From assembly GCA_000091205.1 (NCBI GenBank), contig AP006483.2: DNA of 64,000 nucleotides, one strand, 5' to 3'. Positions 21,322 through 33,600 of the stretch are shown here, piece by piece. This DNA comes from Cyanidioschyzon merolae. Its lineage: Eukaryota. Position 1 is the first letter of the stretch, and every line of letters starts with the position of its first letter. The notes beneath the pieces are model-generated. The model saw only the letters and a program-made list of their open reading frames with translations, made no database searches and had not been told where the DNA came from. The translations under genes were made by a program, and so were the position numbers.

Positions 21322-23832
21322 TCAGAGCGGATGCGCTGATCCCGCTGGACCCGCTTCAGAGCTGGGCAGCGGCGACGACGACGATGACGCTTCTGCCTCT
21401 TTTTCAGACTGCCCAGAGGTGATCCGCGCACGGCGCTGGCGCTGCGCATTCGCCAAACGACGAAGCGCAACCAGCTCCGCAGTTACCGATTCCGCCTCCA
21501 AATTGCGGCCCCAGACGAGCGCATACGAGCTGCTCGGACTCATCCCACAAACGTAGAAGCAGGGCGGAGGCGTAAAGCCGTTAAAACCACCAGCCAGACT
21601 CAGCGTATAGGCACCCATGCCAGTCCACCAGAGCCAGTCACCAATTTGCAGCGGTTGCGGCAGGATGACGTCGCGGCGCACCACGTCGAGGGAATCACAT
21701 GTCGGCCCGAATATCGTGCATCGCACCGGATGCAAGAGGGACGCATCCGTAGCACAGGGTGGAATGGGTTCCGGAAGTAGCAACCTCGGCGTGAACGTTA
21801 CACCGAGCAGCGCTGCATCCTTGAAGCTTCCGTACATACCATCTCCAATATAATAGTCCATACCGCGTTTCAGTGGCGTTGGCGTTGGCGTATCCTTCCC
21901 GTTGACACCGATATGCTTGGGACGTGCGCTGATCACCTGCGTCGCCAAGATCTGTGCTGCACCGATAAAATAGCGGCCTGGCTCGGCGATCACATCGACA
22001 CCGCTGGAGGCCGGAAACAACTCCTCCAGGGCCGGTCCCAAACGAGCAGCAATTTCGGCAAACGAGATCGGCGCGTCACCATCATGGGCTGGGAATCCGC
22101 CACCGATATCGAGAATCGTGAGCGGTTCTCCCAGAATCACCTCTGCCATATCGAAGACTTTGCGAGCATCCTGAAGCGCTTGATAGTAGGCGGCAAAGGA
22201 GCGCGCCCCGCTGCCCACATGGAACGCAACGCCGACGACGCGGACGCCGAGCTCGCGAGCCACGCGTAGCAGCTCCGGCACATCCTCCAGCGACGCTCCA
22301 TACTTGCTGCTCAGGGGGCACAAGGAGTCTTGATCATGCGTTGCGATACGCAGAAGCATCCGCGGCACCGGAATCATGTGTTGGTTATCGGTTCCCAGCG
22401 TACCAGCCGCCGTGCTGCTGCAGCTGCTGCTGCTGCTGGGCTCGTTCGACGGTCCAGGTGCACCTGTCGATCCGCTCGCGTCTGCCACGGGGCCAAATTG
22501 ACTCCCCGCGTGACCAATCGCGATCCCGGCTACTTTGCAGGCGGCCCAGTAGACGTCCCTAACCTTGTACAACTCGAGTTCGTTGTCGAATGTCATTAGG
22601 GACACACCGTGCTTCTCCAGTGCGTAGCGTATTTGTGGAGGTGCCTTACACGGGTTAGCGTATACAATACGCCGGGGGTCAATCCCTGAGCCGCCGAACC
22701 CTACACCGCCGACCGGGAATCCTTTCTCCTTGCCCGACGCCGCCAGCGCTGCGCAGGTATCCATCACCAGATCAATTTCGGTCCGGGACGCACAGTCGAA
22801 GCCGCATCCTAGAGCCGCCAGTACCGCGACAACACAGCGATCGGGGTTGCATTTCACTGCGTAGTGAGGGCGCACGCGCGGCAAGAGTCGCCGAAATTGC
22901 CAATACTGGCGAGCGACATGTCCCAGATCAACCACATAAAATGCCGACAAATCCGGAGACAAACGCGCGTACTGGGCATGGCTTGCGGTCGGTTTCCCGG
23001 TAATGATCGCTCGGGCATAGGCAGCCATCGCTGCCGCGGACGGTGAGATGGTATGGTCTCCACCGATGCGGTGGTTGTCGTGCCCTGAATCGGTTTCCAG
23101 GCCCGTGTCAGACTGCATAATCATTTCCGCCTCTTCTGTCCAGGCATCGGGTTCGCTATTGCCGGCAACCGCAGACGTTCCGGGCGCCGAGCAGGTGTCG
23201 CCGTCCGGCTGGGGCTTGGCTCCGATTCCATCCGTCGTATCTGGATCGAAAGCAGAATGTAGCTCACGAAAGAGTGCCGGCTCTGGGAGCACCAGACGAT
23301 CAATGGCAACGCCGGGCAGCGACGTCATAATCCTTTCCAGAAAATCTTCCTCGGATGGATCCAGGATCTGCAGCAGTTGCTGTTGTTGTTGTTGCTGCTG
23401 TTGCCGCCGCCTCAAAAGTTTCTGTACGAGAACATTTTGCTGTCGAAGACTTTGGGCGATCTGCTCGGATACCGAACGATGAATTCCACTCCCCAGCTTG
23501 CTTTTTCGGCGACTCCCTGGAGACACCGGTAGCGTGTGCTCTACACCATAACCACGAAATGAATACGCCGTGCCATGCACTGGCGCCGAGGACTCGCGCG
23601 TCAGCGACGCTGGCAACGAGCGCGCGACCGACACTTGGCAGTCCCTGTCGCAGCTGCCTGTAAGTGATTCGGCCCAGGGCGTTCGCTTGCCTCTCTGGCA
23701 CTCGACAACGCTGGTTCCCGAAGCTGTCACCATGCTCGATGCCGGAACCCCGTCGTCGGCCACTTCGTCGCCACTGTGCTCCGCTGAAAAGCGCATACGC
23801 AGCGACTTCGCTCGCGAGTCAGATATTTGCAT
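21322..23832 (-). CDS. ODC: Ornithine decarboxylase (PLP-dependent group IV decarboxylase) with long N-terminal (~290 aa) and C-terminal (~70 aa) extensions and an internal low-complexity insertion
   Basis: FYVVDLGHV...PHYAVKCNPD matches the ODC PLP-lysine motif (P)FYAVKCN. GVAFHVGSG matches the FHVGSG motif, DIGGGFP the glycine-rich loop, YYIGDGMYGSF the ODC motif, and CTIFGPTCDSLDVV the GPTCD(G/S)LD substrate-specificity motif. There is an S/T-rich insert between the MTFDNELELYKV and LLRIATHDQDS blocks. A poly-Q run (RRRQQQQQQQQQLLQ) sits in the N-terminal extension. Confidence 0.85.
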   Translation of the reverse strand: MQISDSRAKSLRMRFSAEHSGDEVADDGVPASSMVTASGTSVVECQRGKRTPWAESLTGSCDRDCQVSVARSLPASLTRESSAPVHGTAYSFRGYGVEHTLPVSPGSRRKSKLGSGIHRSVSEQIAQSLRQQNVLVQKLLRRRQQQQQQQQQLLQILDPSEEDFLERIMTSLPGVAIDRLVLPEPALFRELHSAFDPDTTDGIGAKPQPDGDTCSAPGTSAVAGNSEPDAWTEEAEMIMQSDTGLETDSGHDNHRIGGDHTISPSAAAMAAYARAIITGKPTASHAQYARLSPDLSAFYVVDLGHVARQYWQFRRLLPRVRPHYAVKCNPDRCVVAVLAALGCGFDCASRTEIDLVMDTCAALAASGKEKGFPVGGVGFGGSGIDPRRIVYANPCKAPPQIRYALEKHGVSLMTFDNELELYKVRDVYWAACKVAGIAIGHAGSQFGPVADASGSTGAPGPSNEPSSSSSCSSTAAGTLGTDNQHMIPVPRMLLRIATHDQDSLCPLSSKYGASLEDVPELLRVARELGVRVVGVAFHVGSGARSFAAYYQALQDARKVFDMAEVILGEPLTILDIGGGFPAHDGDAPISFAEIAARLGPALEELFPASSGVDVIAEPGRYFIGAAQILATQVISARPKHIGVNGKDTPTPTPLKRGMDYYIGDGMYGSFKDAALLGVTFTPRLLLPEPIPPCATDASLLHPVRCTIFGPTCDSLDVVRRDVILPQPLQIGDWLWWTGMGAYTLSLAGGFNGFTPPPCFYVCGMSPSSSYALVWGRNLEAESVTAELVALRRLANAQRQRRARITSGQSEKEAEASSSSSPLPSSEAGPAGSAHPL

Positions 23833-24289
23833 CCAAAATGCCTATCCAATCAAGGTAAAGATAATAAAGAGCACGCACACCTAGCACGCCTTCGCGTGTG
23901 AACAAGCGTCTCCCGTCAGCGCAGTCCCGGGCTCGTGCAGAAGCAGCAACACCGGTCTTCCCGATAGCGCCAGCGACGCTTCAGATAGCTTGCGGGGTAA
24001 GCCCCCAAGGACGAGTAACACCAGTTGGGCTCGCCGTGTACCAACTGCGTGCGTCGGCGCTGATCCCTGCCAGTATGTCCGCGAGCGTTCTCAACGTTCT
24101 CCCACCCTGTTCCCACAAAGTTCATGTCACTCTACAACGTTTCCAGCGCGTACGTTTCACGCCAGTTGCAGCTGCAACAGCGTCGTTATCGGCGGTTTCG
24201 TCCCTGCAGCCGACGTGTCTCTGCTGGACGAAAGTGCTTACGCAGACCGCGTGAGCACCAAACAGGCATCCGTCGCGACGTTCGCGCTT

Positions 24290-24485
24290 GCGTGCGTGCG
24301 TGCGCAGCGGCGATGCGGCTGCTGCCGGCGTGCTGGTGATGCTGCCGGCGTGCGTGCATGTACGAATACGTGCGTGCGTGCGTGCGTGCATGTACGAATA
24401 CGTGCGTGCGCGCGTGCGTGCGTGCGTCACTGCCTCGATGTGATCGATGCAGGTGTCAGCGGCGAGCGAGCGAGCGAGCGTTCGC
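24290..24485. repeat. Simple-sequence tract: (GTGC/GCGT)n alternating purine-pyrimidine repeats with a duplicated 34-bp unit (gtgcatgtacgaatacgtgcgtgcgtgcgtgcgt) and a (GCGA)n run
   Basis: Direct read: gcgtgcgtgcgtgcgcag..., the unit tgcgtgcatgtacgaatacgtgcgtgcg occurs twice, and gcgagcgagcgagcgagcg at ~24465-24482. The tract lies ~450-650 bp upstream of the ODC start codon at 23832. Confidence 0.8.
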
Positions 24486-27400
24486 GCGCGCTCCCACAGC
24501 CGCAATCGATGCGATCCTCGGTGCTGGGTGTCGATGCACGTACGCATCCATGCATCTATGTACGTCAGTACTGTAGAAGCTAGTCGCTCGCATCTATGGG
24601 TATGCTTCATCATTGCATACACCAAGGAAGACAGTCAGCAACTGGCGACCCGAGTGCTCAGCGCTGCCCGCATCGAGCGCCAGTAGCGCTCTGTGCATGC
24701 AGCAGGTAGCCTACGCAGCGTCGAGCAACTCGAGCGGCATGGGCGATATCTCGAATCCATACGGCCGTCTGGGCTGGAGCAAATGGGAACAGATCGGAGC
24801 ACCGTGGTGGACACATCGGCACTGATGCCCGATAGAAGCGGGGCATCATACAGAGGAGGCAGCCGCCGACACCGGTCCGCTTGTGGATCGGCTTCCACGA
24901 AAGCATGCTGCTTGCCGGAAACGGTGTCCGAATACCGCGCAACAGCGAATTGGACTGGTGCTGGTGGGCAATTTTTACGTTCTCTTCGAGTTGCCTGGTG
25001 TCTGCTGGCTCTGAAATGCATCTGGAGCCGTCGAATGCATCGAAAGGCGTTGACGGAACGATTGAGGGCGTTCTCGTATGCACTGGAACGGTGGATGTCT
25101 CAACGTCGCACCCGAACTGCATTGAGCTGGGTATCTGTCGCCAGGCTGTAGCCTTCGCGCTGTCGCCGTATGTCATAGGCCAATAGTCGGTCTGGGAGGT
25201 CCTTGCATGAGTGCCAGGCCCGTGCATTCGCGTAACCCTGCTGCTGGAAGCGTAGCGCCAACATTCGTGTCGCGGCTTCCGCCTGAAGCACATCAACTAC
25301 TTCATGGATATCCTGCAGAAGAGATGCAGGCTCAGCCATACGTATGAAGCTGGCTGCAAAAGTGATGCGTCTCTGCGATGCAAGGCAGGCAACTGAAGAT
25401 CACAGGTGGTTGTTTCGGGGCCCAGCACGAGACACGTTCCCGTGAGAAGGCCATTTCCTGGCTCGCCAGTATACCCTGTATCATCTCGTTTTTTATTTTT
25501 ATGAGGAATCGACCTCAGCACTGGACCAGTTTTCACAGACTGAGCGCGCGTGCACCGGAATCGAGAGCATATCCGTATGGAAGGCTTTCACTGTGACGGA
25601 CTGTTCTGAAATGCTCCTTGCCAGCCAGCCAACCAGCCATCAAGCACCAGCGTCTTGGATGGACTCGAACAAGAGACTGCAGCCTGTTACGCTTGACCGG
25701 AATGCCACGAAAGCCGTCGACGAAACGCTGCTCACCGTCTGCGCACGACTGCATCGGGCAAGCGTCTGTGAACCCGGGTGCATCATGCGGCCCTCTGTGC
25801 AACGCCTGCCCGCTAGATCTCATACGCAGAGCATCTTCGCAGAGTCTCATTCTTAGTGTCTATCGTTCACAGGCATGATCATTACGTGCCCGCAAACTCT
25901 GTGTAATGTCGCAAGCGCCTATTCCATTCGCTGACGTCTTTAGTTCGTCATGCATTTCACTCGAGACGCAAAGGCATATCACAGAACGCATCCAGCTTCT
26001 CAGACGCGGCCGTGACCTCTGGAACATACAAAACAACATCGTGTATTCCGGTATGCGCGCTCCTTGACGCTGCGCCAAGCAAAGCCCTTCCCAGTCGTCT
26101 GCAGCCGCCGTCTCGAAGCGTCGATGACCATCGACAGCCGCTCAACACCCAGATCGGCATGAAAGGGGACGACTTCTCTACCTCGGGTGTGCACACTGAA
26201 GTTTGAGCCACCTCTAACTATGGTGAGCACCAGCATTTGCTGGCTTTTTCTGTAACAGCGTTCTTTTCTTCTCACCTCTCTATGGATTTACATACGCCTG
26301 TCTATGAAACACCTCGAGCTCTGTTATTACACTCGAACGATGTTCATGGCGGCAATAAACTCCCAATTTCGTTGCTTATGGCCGCTATCAATGCATTTCG
26401 TACACGGGCAGAGGATACGTTCCGTCCTTCGCTCGACGTTTCCATCTTCGTTCTAAACAGTCACAACGAGCTCTGCGCAGCGACGACGCTTGCCAGTGCT
26501 CAGGTGTGCCCAGAGGTCCGCCACATCACAGGCAAGTTCCAGGGGTGCCCCGTGGCATGCGAACGCCTGCTTCATCGCGTCGTACCCGCTCTTAAGGCGC
26601 ACACAAGGCCTCCGTCGACGTCCTCTTCTGCTCTCGTGCGCATTGCCGTGCTGTACGCTCACGGGCTTCTTCGAAGCGATGCTCTCGGCGAGTATTCCGT
26701 CCGCTGTACACGCAAGCGAACGCTGTTCCATTCCATATTGGATTTGTGGACTACGATGTTGTCCATGATAAAACGAGAACCAGAAGGACTATCCAGACTA
26801 GGGAACACGTCCATAAAATTTCGTTCCATCTACGTGTCCTTCATGTAACGCTGTGACGCAGTCTCAACGGGAAATGATCGCAGTGATGACGCAGATCCGA
26901 GTCCAAGACCCGTCTCCATTCAGACAGCCAGGAACAATGTCATGTTTTTATGCTCCTCAATCGATCGGTGCGAATTTCGGCATCCTCGCATTGCCTTGAA
27001 CCAGAGCGATCGAAAACTGGAAAGAAGCCCGCTTTTATCATGCCACTTGAAAGCAAAAGAGAAGCGTACAGGCATGCATCTCGGCATTGAACAATGATTC
27101 CTGTCATTTCACGAATCCTCGTTCGACACCATGTCGAATCATCTGGATCCCGAGGACGCACCGAATTCCAGCAGCTCAGCCTCAATGGAACAACTTTTGA
27201 AAACCCGACCGAGTATTCAGAAACGATCTATGAATCCGTGAGCCCTCATTGCTGCATTCGCAAGTCGAGGATGTTCATCCAAAAAGTACATCCGAACAGT
27301 ATCGAAAGCCAGCAACAGAGTGCCAAGTTTCGTGTTCCATTCTCACCCGCTACAGATAAAGAGCATATTCGCTTCTATCCAGTCATGGATCATACCATAT

Positions 27401-27654
27401 TTCCGCTGGATGAACCTATCGCTCGTATCTCCGTTGGCAAGACGCGAATCCAGACACAAACACCCACCCACTCGCAAGAGCACACACGCGGGCCTCAGGT
27501 TGAACGCCGCCACCGGGCCGCAGCGCTCGCAAGCCATAGACCACGTCGGACAATCCCAGCGTTTCGAAAGCCTGGTCGTCGTCGTCGTCTTGAGAGCGCC
27601 TTTTGGTCTATGTGTGTTGAAGAGAGTTCCTTTTGACCACTACAGCGCCTCAGT

Positions 27655-30600
27655 ATGCCTGTATACCGACCGCTCTTTCGCTGCGCGTTGAGTGTGTTCC
27701 TCTGCCGCAACTCGTACCGAACACTGGGGCGTGCTGTAGGATTCTGGCGAGCCAACGGAACATCGTGGCTTCTGCGAGGTTCCCGTCTGGGTATCGCACT
27801 CTTGAGCAGTTGGCTTCTTCTTTTATTTATTGGTGAGTTCCTAGCGTCACTCGTGGAGTTGTCTGTGGACGTTCTTACCCGTATTGGTGTTGATGCTAGG
27901 CGCAGCACGGAGAGCGAAGCCCCGCCACGTCCTTCGCAGCACGCTCTGGGGGCCGCTTTCCTGGCTCGTGCCGCTCGAATCGTTCGACTGACCGCTCCCT
28001 TCGGCTTGGTTCAAAAGTTCAGACTCGCCTTTGGAACGAGACTGGTGTTGTGTTGGGGCACCAAGCCCTCACACCCGTGGGCTGAGCAAGGCAAGCGAGA
28101 GCTTCGTCCTGCCGCAGTAGACCCGGGCGCGCTGCTGGGGCAAGGCGTTGCTCGTCCGAGGGCCTCGAATACACCTTTGGACTGGGTACCGCACCTGCAA
28201 TGTTGCCATGATTTGCTACCCGAACCGGAACGACGATGCCCGATGAAACGGTGTTTCGGCATCGGCGTCTATGTACCTGCTCTGGAGTTGGTCTATGGCG
28301 CTTCCGCTGCCGAGACAAGTGCTACGAGCAACGCAAGCGAGTCGAGCGCTGACCCGGTCGTTGTGACCATTCGCGTTGAACAGCTCTATGTTCCAGTCAG
28401 CGCGCTCGTTATTCTCCTCGGTCGCTATCTGTACGGGCGTCTTCAGCGGCACCACAGAGGCGCGTCTTCGTTCGGGCGCCGCGAAACGCACCCTAGTTCC
28501 TTTTGTAGAGTGTGGAAACAGCGGCTGGAGCATGCACTGGTCAAGATGCTGTATGGGATCCTATCTGGCATCCGAGCAGCCCAGGTGGCAACGGTGCTGG
28601 TTTCCGCGAGCAGTCCGGACCAGGGGGTCTTCACACTGCAGCGCTTAGAATGCGAACTTGATCGTAACACCCCAGCTGTGCAGTTTCATGGCCGTTATGG
28701 GCTCTATGCCAAACCCAAGCGATCCGGTGCTGAAGATCATCAAGAAAGCTTTGCCCGAGCATTCTTGCGAGCGCTCCGTGGTACCCAGTCTGAGCAGCAG
28801 TATGCCGGTATCGGAGTTTTTGGCTGCGTTCACCTCTGCCGTAGCCTCGAGGAGCGCAACACGCGCTGTCATCAGAACGCCGCCATCATTGCCTGGTACG
28901 AGACACCCGGGCAGTTGGGTTGTGGAGCCGCGCTGCTCGGCTCAACCCACGGTGTCTACCGATCACGTCCACCGGGTCGAGATGCAGACAAGGAAAGCAT
29001 CGACTCGCCGCCGCACAGCAGTGTTGCGATAGCCACACCGCCGACCTCGGCGCGAAGGAATGCCGACCTTCAGTTCGAAATGGCAGGGATCGGCCTGGAA
29101 CTGAGCTTCGAGCTCCTCGTTGAACTGGCACAACGCTACACCCAGCAGTGGTTACGCAGACAAGCACGAAAAACAGAACAGAATCGGGTCGGAAGGTCGC
29201 GTTCGGATTCTGGTGCGAAACTGTTGCAGAAACTCTCGCACTTGGCGATCTCGCTGCATTTGCGCAACGTCAAACTTGACTTTATTAGCAAGCGTGATGA
29301 GGTGCGTCTCGAAGCATCCGAGCTGGAACTTTTTCTGGATCAAAGCAAGGCAGGTGCATCCGCCGTAGGGGCATTCATGGTCCCCGAGGCTCGTCCGTTT
29401 GCCAAGTCCCTGCACATCCGCCTGGATCAGGCCGCTGTACAGCTGTTTCACAGGCTAGTGACACCTTCGATAACAACGAAGGATGACGGTGCCTTGAACG
29501 CCACGCTAACGACAGTGCTGCGCTGCGGGATGATATTCGGATCCCTGGAGGAGGCTGTGCTCGAGCGTGTCGAGCTGCAGGTCGCACAACACCCTCTGTT
29601 GGTGATTGCTCAGCTGGCAGTGGTGCAGACTTTGCGACAGGTGCAGGTACAGCGTCCTCGCTTGGACTGGTGCCCCGACGCCCAAGATGGACTCGAAGCG
29701 ATCTGGCATCGTTGGCGAACCTTATTACCGCAGTTGGATGAGCACTTGCAGCGGAAATCTCAGAAGCGCAGCGAACTGGCGCCCACACGAATTCCAGAGG
29801 ATTCCATCTCGTTGTGGCAACTCAGCGTTGTGGGCGAGGCCAGCGCCTGGGGTCGCTTTCCTCACGGCAATAACTCGGGTATGGTATTCGATGCCTTGCA
29901 GATGCCGCTGCAGCGGCAGCCGTGGCGCATACGTGTCGAACGCCTATCCTGGTTTGTGGATGACCGCTGTATGGGGCATGCAGCCCAGACGTCTTTCTGT
30001 GTGCACTGGGGCAAGGAGAAGCGTCTAATTGAGGCCCACACTGCATTGCTTCGCTTCCAGATGCCCTATGGATTTCGTTTCCTACAGCAATACAACCTGT
30101 TTTTGGCGCATTTGCGGCTCTACTTTCGATATCGCAAGACGTTTGGCCGCCATACCGGCACACGCTCCGCCCGAGCTGCTCCAGGCACGGCGACTTGGTC
30201 GGGTACGCGGAAGTCTATTTTTCCCGACGTGGACATTCGAGCCGATGAGGCGGAGTTCGTGCTCCGCGATCACGAACTGGAGCACTGGTTCAACGAACGC
30301 TTCCTGGTGATGGTGGACGAGGCGCAGGAGCGGGTTCTTCGAGAGCGGCTCGCACACTCCATGTTGGAGGCGAATCGACCCAGGCAGCAGGAGATATTGG
30401 CGGATGAACTGGAGCACCAGCACGCAACCCTCTATGTCAGAAGAATGCAGCAATGGCAGCAGCAGAGACTTGAACTCGAGCGGGCCGCAGCACTGCACCA
30501 GCAAGTGGTCGCTCCTTGGATGCCGGACGCTGCTTTCCAACAGTTGTTTGTGGCTAGAGCGATGAACGTACGTTTCCGTCTGATCCGCTCGCGACTGAGT

Positions 30601-33600
30601 CGCGCTGAAGAGAACCGCGAAGCAGCAGCGTTCGCGGCGCGTATGGACGCCACATTCGGTGAAGGTGCAGTTTCCAGCCAGGCGAATACCGAGACCGCTT
30701 GGAGCTCGCGTTCCAAGCAAGCCTCGGAAACTGCACCATCTGATGAACCGGCGAAACCGGAAGCAGGCAAAGGATGCACCCGCATTGCCGGAGAAGCTGA
30801 ACTGGTGCACCGCAGCGCAGCTGCCTCGTCGTCTGGGGCACCCACGATGTCCACATATAGCACTGCTTCTGCTGCTGTTGCTCCTGGAGCAGTGCAACCG
30901 CCACCGTCACCGCCACCACCTTCAACACAACGAGAACATCTCTTGGACCCGAACCAGTGGTACACGCTCGGTCGCCGACGCCTCGTCATTGATATCGATG
31001 GTGAACTGGTCGTCCATTTGCGTCATTTCCCCTTTCCGGTGGTGCAGTTGGAGAAGGGACTCCGCCTCCGGGGAACCGTTGCGCTCGGTGAACTGCACGT
31101 TTGCGAGCCGTTCGCTGCTGAGCGAGACCTTCAGCTCAGTCAAAGCTGCTGGGTGCGCTACCGGCGAGCCATCTCCCCGAATCGCTGGTACTGCGACTGG
31201 GACCTCATGAGCGGTGGACGCTTTCGGCTGAACTGGTCCCGTGCGCTGATTTCTACCCTCAAGGATATGATGGATGGCTTTCAGGGCTTTGCGGGTGCAG
31301 GCAAAGACCCGAGTCCGCTGCTCAACTGGTGGAATCAACTGAGACTGTTGATTCACGGCCGTTGGCGACTGCACTGCCCCGAGGGCTTTCAGATTGTCCT
31401 GTTGAGCAGCGCGCCTTACAACCCTGAGTATGACGAGCGGATCGAGTGCTGCCTAACGGGACCTCGTACGGGGTTATGTATCGATCGCCGACTGGGAACA
31501 GTGGAACTTGAAGCGGACGCCTGGAAGTTGCTGTTCCATGTAGCGACATCGAGCAACCAAGGAGCACCGCTCCACGCCCCGAGTCGACTGTGCGGTGCTG
31601 AACCCATTCACTTGCTTTTCCGGGTCGATGCGGAGCCCGCGCTTGGTGTTCCCGTCTCTGCGTACCCACATCCACTGGGGTATCCTCGAGGTGTCCAGGG
31701 GCCGGGAGAACGCCTGCCTCCCGCTGTCCCGTCGACGTTGGTACCGCTGACTGCTGCCTACCAGGGGAGTTGCGCTCGACTCGCAGCGCGAGAAAACGTT
31801 ACGTTGGGCACTTTGCCTGCGAGCGATGCCTCCAGTGACGCAGCAGGCGCTAGGTGTTTCACGGATTCAAAGCAGCTGATAATGGAGCCGGATGCGGAAA
31901 CGGTTACCCCGTCGCATACTCGGGAATCCGCCGGTGTTCACGCAGATAGCACGCTCGCGGATACCGATACGAAAACAAGCGAACATGCCTCTTCTACGGC
32001 TTCGATTCGCAGAGAGCCGTACGCAGTGTGGTATACACCATTGGCGGACTACCCGCAACACGATACATACCGGAGCTTTCGGGCTCGAGCGCTGCACCTA
32101 TCACTCCAGTGCAAGCTCTCGTGGAGTTCCAGTGTAGCATCCGGAGAGCACGATGCGCAAGGCGCTCAGCTAACCACGTACGCTTTGGCGTCAATGCTCT
32201 TCCGAGTGCTCGAACTGGCCGGAGTGAATCGACTACTGGGGCAGTCACCGTATGCCTTCCGCCCAGTATCCCGCAAAGTCGGCCTCATCCGTTCGGGAAA
32301 GCGGCGCTATGGTGTACGCTTCGGGGAACTCGTGTCAAGTTTCAGCCTCTCCGCATCGGTCCCCAAACCCTGGGCACTCCGCTGCTACGATGCTTTGCGT
32401 CCGACGGAGCACTTTACAGTGCGAGCAGGGCCCGTAATGGCGACGCTGTGCTGGTGCCGTCCAACTGGCTCCGCGTTTGAGTCTATTCGCGGCCGCGCCT
32501 TTGAGCAAAATATCCGAGTCTCGGCAGACTGGCTCCGCATCGACCTGAACCGTGGTCTGCTGCTGCTGCAGACCGGGCGAATCCACTATGAGCGTGCACT
32601 CGAAGTTGAAAAGATGCAGGGCCTGCTTCTGCCCAGCACCCTGGATACGCTTCGTATCTGGCCGGATTCCTTCGCTGCAGTATTCGCCACGGCGAAGAAA
32701 GTCTCACAGCGCACTCTGCTCGCCGGATCCGATGCACTTCATGCGCTGTTTCCGGGGAGCAACTTGGGGAAAGGTGCTGCTGGTGCTGCCGCCACTGCAC
32801 CTGCTACCAGAGTCGCCAAGCCGGAGCGCACGCTTGTCGGGTCGCTACGGGACCAGCACGCCGCGGAAGCGGCTCAGAGCGTCGCCGGCACCGCTTCTGG
32901 TGCAGTGAACACCGGCGCTGGCACCAGCGGCAGCGGTCTCTGGAACAGCGCACTGAGCGCCCCGAAGAGCACCCAAAGTCAGCAGCATGAGCTGGGCAAC
33001 CGCGCTCGACGTCTCGCCAATGCGCTCGGGATGTCGCTCTCGATGCAGCGCAAGCCAGAGACGGATGTCCTGGACTTGAGGGATTTGTTGCTGCAGGAGC
33101 ATCTAGAGCAGGTCAAGCGGCAGCAGCAACAACAACAACAACAAGAACAGCGGCAGCGAACGCGTTCCGGAAGCGCTGCAGACGCTGCCGCACGCTTCAT
33201 GTCCACGCGGGGCACTCCGGCGAGAGAGCGTGCCAGCGACGCTTCGCTTCAACCTCGAAGCACAGCGATAGCCACTCTCGATGCTGATACATCTGGAGCG
33301 GCTTCGACGACGGCAGCGAGCAGCAGACAAAGAAGAGCGCAGAGCCTGGAAGCGCCGCCATTGTGGCACCAGCGCGGCACTTGGACGAAACCTGGTCATC
33401 AGGGCGCTTTGCCGCAGTCGCTCACCAGTGAGCGACTCTCGGCAACGAGACGCCGTCCAGATGAAGCGAGTCGAGCGTGGGAGCAGTCACGAACGAGTGA
33501 GCGGCGCTCGGAAACGACACTCCATGCAGGCGAGACAACTCAAGTACCGGAGCCGTTGCCACAGACGACAGAGGCGGGCGCTCATGAAGCCAACCTGACC

